DNA of 64,000 nt, taken from Antedon mediterranea. Its lineage: Eukaryota > Animalia > Echinodermata. The notes under the pieces are model-generated. The model ran no database searches, was not told the DNA's origin, and was given only the letters and a program-made list of their open reading frames with translations. The stretch is taken from NCBI RefSeq assembly GCF_964355755.1, contig NC_092679.1, positions 17,777,432 through 17,841,431 of the forward strand. Reading direction: 5' to 3'. Shown here one piece after another: positions 26,793 to 39,400 of this stretch. Within the stretch, counting starts at the first letter, position 1. Every line of letters starts with the position of its first letter. Position numbers and translations under genes: made by a program.

Positions 26793-27001
26793 AAGATCAT
26801 ACTTTTAGGGATCATTTCTATAGTTTGTTTCACGGAGAAACGAATAAAGTTGATCAAATCGCAAACCCACGAGGATGAGTGTAAGTATTCTCTTCTGAGC
26901 GTGAAGCGGGGCTTGAGAATTCCATCTGGAATAACCTTGCTCATTGATGACCGTTCCTCTAAGACTTTGGTCTTGGGTGGAGAGAATGCAATCTGAGTGG
27001 T
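26793..27001 (+). ncRNA. U3: U3 small nucleolar RNA (box C/D), copy 2
   Basis: Same 5' domain as copy 1. Box C' GAGGATGA, box B GAGCGTGAAG, box C TGATGA, box D CTGA followed by GTGGT. Length 209 nt. Similarity between the copies stops within a few nt of the RNA ends. Confidence 0.95.
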
Positions 27002-27479
27002 TGCGAATTTAAATCAAAAAATATTATAAATCTTATTTTTAGATGAATTTTTACAACCAGTATCAATTTCATTTTAGAACTAAAATATGTGTAGGCCTAT
27101 AGTTTACACGAGCCCTTAATAATATTTGTATTTTAAAAAATTGCTCAGTTTAGACTATCAGAATGAAATGCAATTCAGTACACAATTAAATAATGATGCA
27201 GTCGATGATATAATGAACCAACGTAGACTAAATTGAAGGATTTAAAAGTTGTCTTTTAAGCAAAATTAAAAAATGATTTTGAGAAAAAAAAACCGCATAC
27301 ACGGTATTCGGGAAGTAATGGAATCGCCCGCTGTGTTTAAGCACGTTTTTTCTTTGGAACAAACCATTGTTATTGTCATGTGACCACAAAGTGGATTGAA
27401 ATAATCGGATCACACGAAATATGGCAGTCTGATCCGAATGTGAGGATAAACACACGGGATTAACATTAGATTTACAAAG

Positions 27480-30400
27480 ATGGCTTCTGTAAAAGTTGCT
27501 GTCCGAGTGCGGCCTATGAACACAAGGTATAGTAATTAAAATACTACATTATTTACTAAAAATTTGCTGTTTTAGTTTATGTTTGATCCTCTTATATGGC
27601 TAGGCCCAGAGGAGTGGCGAAGTTCCTCTCTATCTCTATATATATACTGGCTGGACGTCTGCCTGTCTGTCGTACTCAGTCTACTTTCGTGGCCTAGGCC
27701 TAGGCTACATTGTTTTGTAATTTAGTTTAATTCATATTAATACATCTTGGAATCGAATAAATTTAAAATGTAATTATTATATAGGCCTGTGTGTGGATAT
27801 TAACTACGTTGATAATTACCTAGCTAGAGGCTTAGTAGTAGATAGAGGCCTGGAATAATAAAACAAAATGTGTAAAAATAAGTAATATTATGTTTTAATG
27901 AAGTGAAGTGTGATGGCAGGCAATCATCATCAGAAGTTTTGGGGTTTATTCATGATTGATATTTAGTTGTATTTGTTTCATTTCTAGTAGTAGTAGTTAA
28001 TTAATGTTTTTTTAAATATATTGAATAATAAACGTATTCAATTTTAATTGAATAAATATTAAATTATAATAATAATATTATTTTTACAATTATCGAACAA
28101 TTTTATTTAATAAATAGTTGTACATTTTTTTTTTATGTAACTCGATATTTAGCCACAGACAAGTATTTCCTGCTACAAGGCACTTCCATCGATATTTTAT
28201 ACTTCACAATACCAATACCATGAAAAATATTTAATATCTATTTATGTGAGGCTGATGATTTGTTTTTATTTTTTGTAGAGAGGTTAATTTGAATTCAAAA
28301 TGCATTATTTCAATGAAGGGAAATAAGACCAGCATAACGAATCTAAAGGTATTTTTGTATTTATATTTACATTTTTTAATACATTGATTGATTGATTGAT
28401 AATTGATATTCGAGAAATAATAATGATATCAGACCATGGAGACTAATGACTAAGTAAATCTGTCATCTGCTTAAATAAAATACAATAAAATATGCTTTAT
28501 GTAAAATTGGCAGGGAATGTCTACAAAATCATAGTAAAGTGTAGTAGTAGCAATTTATAAAATGTACAGCATTCATTTTGAAGAAGCTTCTCCACTCCAT
28601 GTATGCAAAAAGTAATCTCGAAAAGAATCCCACTCAAGAGTCCTAAAAATAAGAAGCCCGTGGTCTTCTTTTCCAATTGTTACCGTATGTGAGCAATAGG
28701 AGTAGATCACTGTGATCATGTAGTTGCTTGCGAGTGACCATGTACTTGCGAGTTACCATGTAGTTGCGAGTGACCATGTCATTGCGAGTGACTATGTAGT
28801 TGCGAGTGACCATGTAGCTGCAAGTGACCAGTCGAATATGCCTCATGATTTAAAGAAATTTTATAGTGTAAAATCATATTGAAAAGTTCAGAATATTTTG
28901 TAGTAATGATAATAGGTCCATGAGCTAAGGTATTTCTAGATTTACAATTGAAAACACCCACAAATATTTTATTTATTTCTCCCTTGTTTTCACCATCCAA
29001 TGAACCGTAAAATTTATCTGTTCTACACGCATCAGAGACTTACAACCATTGTATGTAATGATTCACACTCCCACCAGAGTACGCAAATTATTGTTCACTA
29101 AGCCGTTCATTGTCAAGGTCTTCTTAAATGGTAATAACACACTGGTTTTGTGTACACGTCAACCAAAAGGGTGTATAGTAAATAAACCAAATTGGCCAAA
29201 AAAAAAATTATCTATTACACTTTGATCCTTGATAACGGCCTAAGCGTACTGTACACATGTCAACAAAGTTTAAATACTACTGTACTGTACATTAGCATAT
29301 ATATTAATATGTTTTTATAAATACAAATTTGGAATATCATAACATTCCACCACTCCTACAATAGGTATACCCAACCATTCCCTGGGTGTTTTTAAACACT
29401 GGGATGCTGCTTCCCAATAATAAAGAAACATTTTGTTTAATGGTTAAACTGTGAATCAACCGTATTGATATACTGTAGTAAAGTTGTGTACCAACCCTGT
29501 ATAGACTTTCCATGGATGTACTGTACAAAAACAACAGACAGCTAAAGGGTGGAGATGGCACTGTAGGCCTGTCAATATGGCTGGGGTGGCAATATTTAAA
29601 GATAAAATGAATGGGATTTAATAAATTTGATGATGTCTGATTAATCTCACCCCACACTGTACAAACCACACTTTGGTATCTCCTTCTAAATTCAGTTTTT
29701 TTTTACCACTTCTGAAACAAGCTTTCCAGCTGAAAGGATTATCCTATACCGTTTACAGTATAATTATTAAATTTAGTTTCTGTATGATTTTATTAATTTC
29801 AAATTATAATGTATTGTGTTGTGTATGTTATGGATAGCAATAAATATTACAAACAAACAATAAAATCACAAGTTCAAACAAACTATTAGAGTTACCATGC
29901 GTACAGCATTTTATACTTTTATTTAATTAACTAAAGTATTCATCTGTATTGTCCAAACCGAAGGACTCCTTGTATAGTAAACAATCTGTAGATATGTAAG
30001 GGTGACCTGATTCATTCAGTACACTCATTCAGAAACAAAGACTACCCTTGTACTTAATTAGGTTTCTTTGCTTAACAGAAAAAAGTACAAACATAAAGTA
30101 GTTCATATTTACCTAATTATTTATAACAAGATTTTAAAAGAATTTCGGATGTTTTCAATTTAAGAAATCGTTAAAGTCCCAAATTTGTATTCTGAAAACT
30201 ATGTATAAGAGTAGAGTTTCCAGAAATCTGGACATTTGAGTATTGGGGTTTCGTGGTAGAGCTGACTGTGATAGCCATAGTAAAACCTTTATCCACCCAG
30301 TTTCTGTGGATCAGATTGCAATTAGAACAGAATTCAATATAGATTATAGCATGTATCCCTAAAGGCAGGTGTCATGTGCCAAATTATAATAATGATTTAT

Positions 30401-33400
30401 TATGCACAGCAGGCCTACAGTAATTCATTTTTCTTTTATGTAAGCGTTTTTTGTTCAGATTGATTGAAAAGGGAAATATACTCTATATATGCTCTTCTGC
30501 AAAATTTTATTTTAAAGTTTAATATTTTGTTATCTAAGTTTTGTATTCAAAGTTGCTTACCGCCATTTAGGTAAACCAAAAGTAGAAGGGCACTTAGAGA
30601 GCGCAAACCTCCGTCTCGGCATATGAAAATGTAATGACAAGTTCCCTACAGCTATGAAACCAGAAATTTTATAAAAATCGGTTAATAGCTTTCTGCTAGC
30701 TATCAAATATAGAAACAAACACATAACCTCTCACCCCTCTGGTGGAGGTAATAAATTATTGCTGTTATATGCAGACACGCCCCTCATTGGACCTACAGTA
30801 GTTGAATTTTCAATATCTGATACACAGTATCAATCCCTTTACCCTCAATGTGGTACTGTAGATTACTGTACACATTATAGACACGGAAAAGGACCAAATT
30901 TACCCATTCTAAAAGATTTTGGAAGATATGCATTTTTATTTAGATTAAATTAGATACCTGTTTAATTTAATTAATTTGAAAGTTCTGGCATCTTTAATAA
31001 ATATAATTAATTTGAAAGAAATTTTGTCCAGAGAAAATATACTGGAATATACTGTGTACTGTATGTCATTTTGTTTTTACACAGTTTAATAAGATGAACA
31101 TATTCACTGTATAGAGAATTAATTCATTTGAATAGTTCTTCAGTGTGTAATGTTTAAAATTAGATATTATTTCAGGTGTACAATCATTATTAGCAACAAA
31201 ATCAATTTCATTCAAATGTAACTTTTCCATTCAAATGCACATTTTAAGTCATATCGAATTAACCAATCCACTCCAGCAAACTAACTGAATGAAAAGGAGA
31301 GGCTTAACAAATTATTTTTTTAATTAGCTCAATGAGAGTCTTATTATTATTATTATTTAACAATGGGTTTTTCCAGAAAACTAGCAGATTTCTCTTCTAT
31401 CCGAAGAGTATAATAAACTTGACTTCAAACTGTATTTGACCATACAGTATATCTGACTGTATATCTGGTCAATATCATGCAGCCCTATTATATGGTCCCT
31501 TCCTCTGTGAAATAAAATGTTGAGTTGCGATTTAACATGGAGTTCAAACCTTTAATTAATTTTCTAACTCTTTGCCTATTTAAACCAAAGCCTGATGTGT
31601 GTGCCCATATATGGACATGATAATGTCATATCACTACCATGTTTGGGAATATCACTACCGTATTTGGGCACATCAAACTATTTTTATAGTGTAGACAGAG
31701 CTTTAAATTACAGTTGTTGTTATAGAATATGGACTTCCTGTTTCACCAACAAATTTAGACTTTGTTGTTTATGTAATAATTCACACTTATGTTTTTTCAT
31801 GTCATTGTTTAATAGCAGAACCGGAATTAATAATCGGTAGGAGAGCGGGTGCTGGTAGTAAGAGATAAAAGGAAATATTAATCTATACTCTCTAAAATCT
31901 TTTAACATTCACACAAAAAGCTGGTACCATAGATATAAAAACACAATTATTGTACTGTAGGATAGTTTTCCAAAATTCATAATTTATTATAGTATTTATT
32001 TAACATTTTGGTAAATTAATTGATTTTGGCAAACTGGTCAGATTTTATTTTTAAAATATGCAATGGAACAAACCACTACTGTGTAAAAAATAAATAATAA
32101 TGTTAAATTAATTTTAAGGTATAGTAGAGTAAGCTAAACAGTACTCAGCTTTTTAAATAGGAGGACAGTTGAGATTATGTGGACAATTCCTTATCTATAT
32201 ACTTAGAATATTGAATACTGATACTGAAATGCTTTATTTATCCATTATCATAATAAACTAACATTAACAATAGAAATTCAGCTTATAAAGATTGGCAAAT
32301 ATTTTTATGGTAAAAAAAAACCAGATAAATTTAAAATATAAACAAAAAATTCATATACAGAGTACACACACAATATTACACAAACAAACCTAAAGTTTTA
32401 AAAGTTAAATATTTATGTCAATTTTTACCTACAGTGCATGATTGCATTACCTTGACCTTAATCCTGAAAGGGCAGATGATTTGTTTTTCTTTAGATCGAT
32501 ATTTTATTTTGCAAAAAATTGATGTGATAATCAAGACGGACAGAATGATCTTTTAATATCTAGATTTCCTTACGTTTTGTTTAATATATAAACTTCCCAA
32601 ATGCTGTAAATCCATAAAATTATGGGTGCAGAGTCAGTCGTTAGTTCATGTACTGTATGAAAACTCAAGGTCAAAGGGATCCTTTAATAGAGGTCATACC
32701 ATCACTTACTGTCTTCATTTCTTAACAACTGTATGTCACATATGTTTAAGCTTAAAATTTCTACTGCTCAGATCTTTTCTAATGATAGATAGTAATTGAG
32801 TTTATGTCTACCAACACGTCCTTTAAGATCATTTGAAAAAACCACCGCGAAAATTAATGAGGAATGCGCAGGTGTATTTTCTCCCTTTCTTATTATGTGG
32901 GCGAACATCGACCATCTTAATCGTGCGATTTTTATTTAATACGGTTATTAATGTTTTGTAGATTGCTACCGATGGGTCAGGAGAAGGTCGAGAAAGAGTT
33001 AAAAACTTCACCTATGATTTTTCCTACTGGTCAGCATCGCATAAGGATCCACATTTTGCATCACAGGAACGAGTAAGTAAAAACATCGTCAAGGCTTAAC
33101 CAGTTAGTTGTCCAGTTTAGTAGTAAGGAATACAATTATATTAAGGAGCTTTCAATCGACCAATCTATGTCGTGTTAGTTATTGCGGGAATACTAGGAGG
33201 TGTGTCCTCCCTCCCAACATCAACATAGGTTTGACAGTTTCTAGGTCCAGCCGCTGACTGATAATACATCAATTGACCTGAAAGCTCCCTATTAAAGCAG
33301 TTGGCAATGACAGTACAGTACAATTTTTAGGAATAAGTCTATGCAGAAAACACATCTTTTGCCAATAGTGTTCGCAAATGGACGTATACAATTATAATTT

Positions 33401-36400
33401 CTCACCTCCATGGTCTGCATGTGGTAACATTAAGCATGCATTAAGTAATTGAATATTCCATAAAGATTGTAACAACCAACCACATTTGGTAAGTATTGAA
33501 ATTCCATGTCTGAAATTGAGCTTTGATAATGCAAATGTGTGTGATTAGAAATGATCAGCACACCAGGAGACAGGACCACAATTGCCACAAGTGTGATGCT
33601 TCTCAGAATAGGGTGCTGCATGGCAGGGTAGTCACCTTGATAGGATAGGTGCATGCTTCAAATACTGTAAGATTTGACTATAATACAGTATTTAAACATA
33701 ACCTATTACTTAGCATTGGATAAAACTATTTAACTAAGTTTGATAGTGTAGACAGAGTTTAAATCTAGGTTATTTAAACATATTAAATTAATAAATAAGT
33801 AAAGCTTTTAAAAATGTAATAATTTTCATATAGGATATTGGTTATTAAAACACATTTGCTAATTATTATAATATCAATATTTGTCTTCATTATCAACAGG
33901 TTTTCAAGGACCTGGGCACAGATGTTTTAAAAGCCGCATTCGAAGGATACAATGCATGCATATTTGCATATGGACAGACTGGCTCAGGCAAAACATTTAC
34001 AATGATGGGGCAACGTGTAAGTGTATGCATTATTTTTTTTAAAAAAACCTTGTCTCCTCGCCATTTGATTGCTTAATTTTTATCACATGCCATTCAGTAA
34101 AACACAACCTACAGTATATCGAATTCATCTAGACTATCACTGTGTTTTTATGTCTATTGCGTTTTTCGTACTATTAGTTGGGAAAGCCACTCGACAGTGC
34201 AGTTCTTTTGAACTGATCCACTTTTGGTTACCCACAGGTGCTGATAGTACTTTTGTTCTGTTTTGTTGAATGATGCCGTACCTTGTTTATGATTTTTGTA
34301 TGTTACCTGGAAATTGAATAAAATAAAATAAAATAAAATAAAAAATCTATACCCGTTCTAATCAAAATCCAAAAATCGGAACACAACACTACTTTTTTAA
34401 TTGAAGCAGAATATTAATTTCAATAAAACTTGAAGAGTTTGTTAGAGAACTGGTATGTTATAAAACAAATAAAGACTGTTCACATTTGTTCAATAGGAAG
34501 AATAATTTCATGAATTGAAAACCGGACTATTTAACTCTGCTCCAAGCTCTAAAAGTTAGAACAATTAATTTTGTTTTGCTCATGAAATATTCTTCCCATT
34601 GCACTCATACTGCAAGCATTAATTATTTGTATATTATTCTGTAATACAGTATTTATCAACTTGCACACAACAGCCACAAAGACTATGGCGATACAATACA
34701 ATATTTTAAGTATTTACGCAAATTCTTATTAATGTATGCATTGTTGTTTTAGTCATATCTATAATTAATTGCAGGACGGAGCTGGCTTGATACCAAGGAT
34801 ATGCGAGGTAAACAATACGTAATTGTCTGCTCTCTACTACCAGTACCATCAGATTTAATCATTTTAATTGAACAAAGACGAAGCAGTCCAGTTTAGATTA
34901 ATTTCCCAAGACATAAAGACTACTGTCAGCACTTTGACAGAAAATAAAGTCATTAAACCGAAATAAGTTTGCAACCAACAAAAATGCTTTATGTTGTATA
35001 ACAATATTCCAATTTATATATATTTACAGATGCAGCATCGAGTAAAATAAATATGTACATTACTATTATTATTTTACCTGATTATACCATAGAGATATTA
35101 TACATATTATCATTTATATGGAAAAAAGTATTGTTTCTAAGTAAACACATCATTATCATAATTTCTAACATCTTAAATATATAAATTAATAATAATATAT
35201 ATTAATATTTGTAGCATAATTCAAAATTATCAATCTACATTTTATTTTAATTTTCATAAATGTATTATTTATAAATTTGATATTGTTTTTAAGGGCCTCT
35301 ACACAAGAATAAGAGCTGACAAAAATGATGTGTCTTATCGCACTGAAGTTAGGTATTAAGATTTTTAATTACATATCTTTTTTTAAGATAATCAACAGTG
35401 ACCTTAAAGGTCAAAATGTTGCATCCTGGGTATTTTTTCAGATATGAATAATTAAAGATATATTTATTATTACACAAGAAGCGGACTCCCCACTTTTGAC
35501 AGCTAAAATTAAATTACAACTTTTTAATATCTATAATGCTTCCCTGTTTAAAAAAAAATCCTAGAAAATGCATTAAAAGTACACATTTTTATCAATGTAT
35601 AATTGTTTGTTATTCCCTTTACAGCTACCTTGAAATTTACAACGAAAGAGTTCGGGATTTACTTAAGCCTCGCAAAGAACACTCTCTAAGAGTTCGTGAA
35701 CATCCGAGAGATGGGCCATATGTTCAAGGTTAGACAGTCATGACGTTTTGGGATGTTACTCCACGAGATGATGGCAAATGTGTAATTAATCGCTCCTAGA
35801 AACTTGTGGATGACAGATTATCCGTAATGTTCAGTTACTGAAGAATATATTAGAATGTTACCTATACATTTATAGGTCCATGATTTCATCATTCTTAATT
35901 TTTAAAATAAATACCAAATTTAAGCTGGAATTGATTTGTAGAGTTGACTATACCATTTATGGAGAGGGATGTTCAATTAATTTGATCACACCTCAGAGTA
36001 TATGTAAGGCAGACTCAACCAACACTACTGTTTTTTTCTTTTTAGATCTTTCAAAGCATTTAGTTTCAGATTATTCAGATATAGAAAATCTAATGGAAAG
36101 AGGAAATGTTCAAAGGTAATTAAGAATATTTTCGAAGCTCTGTCTACACTATCAAACTTTATTTGATCAAAAAAATGTAATGTGCCCAAATATGGTAGTG
36201 ATATGCCCAAATATGGTAGTGATATGGCAATAAATATCATATATTTAAGTTTCCAGTGTGAAATGAGGACATTTAAACGAGACCCTCTAGCCATACAGCG
36301 TCTGCTATGATTAGTTCTTTACAGTAAAACCTGATTGCATTATCTCACTCTCAGTATCATCATCACTATCTTTTTATTATTTCCATCATCATCATTGTAA

Positions 36401-39400
36401 CAAAGATTCTTCCACTAAGTAAATTTACAGTATATCCTTTTCTACTACTACTTCTTTTCTTTATACAATATGTTTGATATTAATATAATATTTTGTTTTA
36501 TACTCTTTAATTAACAGGACAACAGCGTCTACTAACATGAATGATGTCAGCAGTAGATCTCATGCCATCTTCACTATCACCTTTACACAGGTTGGACAAA
36601 CTTCTTTTCGGATAAAATAACTATTTTTATGATTACCAAGGATCTCTTTTTTAAATGTTATAATGTGATGTGCAAGCTGCACCTGTTGTGTTAGTACCAA
36701 GTGTTTTTATAATTTTTTTTTATTTATATCATCATTGATGCCTACAATTACACTACTAATATATAAGAAAGCCCATCTCAGAGGTTGAAGTAATTTATAT
36801 GTAATTGTAAAGTATTAATGTGAGTATTAATAGGCTATAAAACCCACTCATCTTTATTAGAAATGTTGCTCTTAAGCTCTGTCTACACTATCAAACTAGT
36901 TTGACACAAAAAGTGTGATGTTCCAAAATATGATAGTAATACCCAAATATGACAGTGATATGCCCAAATATGGTAGTGATATACCCAAATATGGTAGTAT
37001 AAACAGAGCTTTATGTAAATTCTTTTTTCTATGTTAAAAGGCTAAGTTTGAGAATGATCTTCCGAGTGAGAAAGTATCCAAAATCAACCTTGTAGATCTG
37101 GCAGGAAGGTAAGAAAATATTTTTCAAATTCAATTAAAATTCAAAAACATTTATTATTATACCAATCTGAGAAATGTTTATTTCCTTCTTGTTTATGAAC
37201 CCAAAGTGGCCCAAAGCTGGAGGCCTTGGGCATTTTGAGCCTTTTTCGACATATTTTAATGTCTGTTTTTTCTTCTGGGCACTGCTCAGAGACCCCCATA
37301 AGCCAGTGAGTGCGCATAGCTATTACGCCACTGAGATGTTAAGAAAACCTAGAAGTTTGACTCCATCGACTAATCTCTTTTTTTTCTCTTATAAGTGAAC
37401 GTGCAGCTTCCACAGGAGCTACTGGGGACAGGTTAAAGGAAGGGTCACTCATCAACAAGTCTCTAGTAACCCTTGGCAATGTAATACATTCCTTAGGTAA
37501 GTTGTTATTTATATGTGTGGAGCTGTAGCTTGGTGGTTAACGTGCTTGCCATCCAATCCAAAGGTCCAGGGTTCAATCCTGACCTAGTGGCAGGGTTGTA
37601 ACTCACCACTATTTCAACTCCACTCCTAAGCCTCAAATAAGACTTAGTTTATAAGAACTGTAAATTATAAAATAGTTTATCATGTAATTAGCGTGTTACT
37701 CGCTGTTGCCTATGAATAAAAATAAATATAAATGTGAGTACAACTTGGCTGAATTGCACACATGTGTGGACAAGATGATCTAGAACCCTGGGGAACTCCC
37801 TATCTTCTGAAAGATGTACACTGAGTTCTTTAAAGAGTACACAAGACGTTTAAAATTTAATTTATTGAAACTTATAGTAATGTATGAATTTGCTATTATT
37901 GGTTGTTTTAGCTGATATTTCATCAATGCAGAACAAGAGGAAGCAAATATTCGTACCTTACAGAGACTCGGTGTTGACTTGGCTGCTGAAGGACAGTTTA
38001 GGAGGCAATTCAAAGACTATTATGGTTGCAAGTGAGTCTCTCATTTCTAATACAAACTCTCTTATCAGTTAAAATTCCATCATATACATACACAATTTAG
38101 TTATTGTTACCATCATCATCAAACAGACACATCTGAGATAGAGTTCACAAATTAGTGTGTGTCTCTTACAACACAGTCAAAATAGTTCCCCTAGACAGAG
38201 TTTTAGGAGGCATTAAGGCTGGCAAGGATTTTAAAGCTCTGTCTACACTATCAAACTTTAAGTGACAACAAAATGTGATATGCCCATATATGGACATGAT
38301 GATGTCATTACCATTATGTTGGCACATCACATTATTATGAAAGTTTTCCTGCCGAATAAACACTAGGAAAATATGTTTGATTCGAACATAAGAATGTTAA
38401 GAATGTCTTGACATGTCAGTTTTTATTCTACTCCAGAAGGTAGTTAATTGTACAATAACTGAAACATTAATTCCTTTTTGAAAAACATGGTGTACCACAC
38501 ACATTACTATACTAAACTCTGTCTACACTATCAGTGTGATGTGCCCAGATATGGCATTGATATGACATCATCATGACCATATATGAGCACATCACATTTT
38601 GTTGTCACATAAAGTTTGATAGTGTTGACAAAGCTTAAGACTGATCTTTTTATAACATATCCTTCTTTATTTTGTAGCCATATCTCCTGCTGATGTCAAT
38701 TATGGAGAGTCACTCAGTACACTCAGATATGCAAACAGGGCTAAAAATATTATCAACAAGCCAACAGTGAATGAGGTAAGTGGTATAGCTTAAAACAATG
38801 CCTCGCATTTAATTTTAAGTATTTACAGATGACACTACGATTGGAAAATTGTTTGTTTTTTTTTTTGGTTGTGTATTACTTTTACAAAGGGAAGATTATT
38901 AGTAATGTGATTAACAGGAACTGAATCACTCCAGTGTTTCCTATAGGAATGACAACATTATGTTTAGAAGCATTGTCAAACTGTTCATAAGTGCTATACA
39001 TGGTCATTCTTTAACATTGGTTATTATCATTTAGTAATTGTATAGTTAGTGTTGCCTTCACAAAAAATCTCAGTAGTACTTTGATCTGCGGCTAGGCTTC
39101 AACGAATTCATACAAAGTGCACCATACGTTGAATTGTTTTTATTGCTGTTTAATTGTATTTTGGTATTTTAAAAGGTGCTATGTGTCTGATTTTCTACGA
39201 CTATGTAGTTTAAATAGCCATCTAATTTTTTTAATTATTTCAGCAGTAATTTGTTTATTTACTTTTTCAATTTCTTTAGGATCCTAATGTGAAGATTATC
39301 CGTGAGTTAAGAGCAGAGATCGATCGTCTTAAATCTATGTTGGGTGGTGGTGGTGAACATGTAAGTATATCAAATTGTTTTATTAAATATAATGTTTAAA

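Noticed and set aside
28643-28846. ORF with MVTRNY repeats
   Set aside because: Translation of an 18-bp minisatellite.
37517-37590. tRNA gene candidates (also 1298, 7050-7110, 14440-14514, 57412-57480)
   Set aside because: A and B boxes are present but there is no complete cloverleaf, and most continue into a shared SINE body; these are SINE heads.
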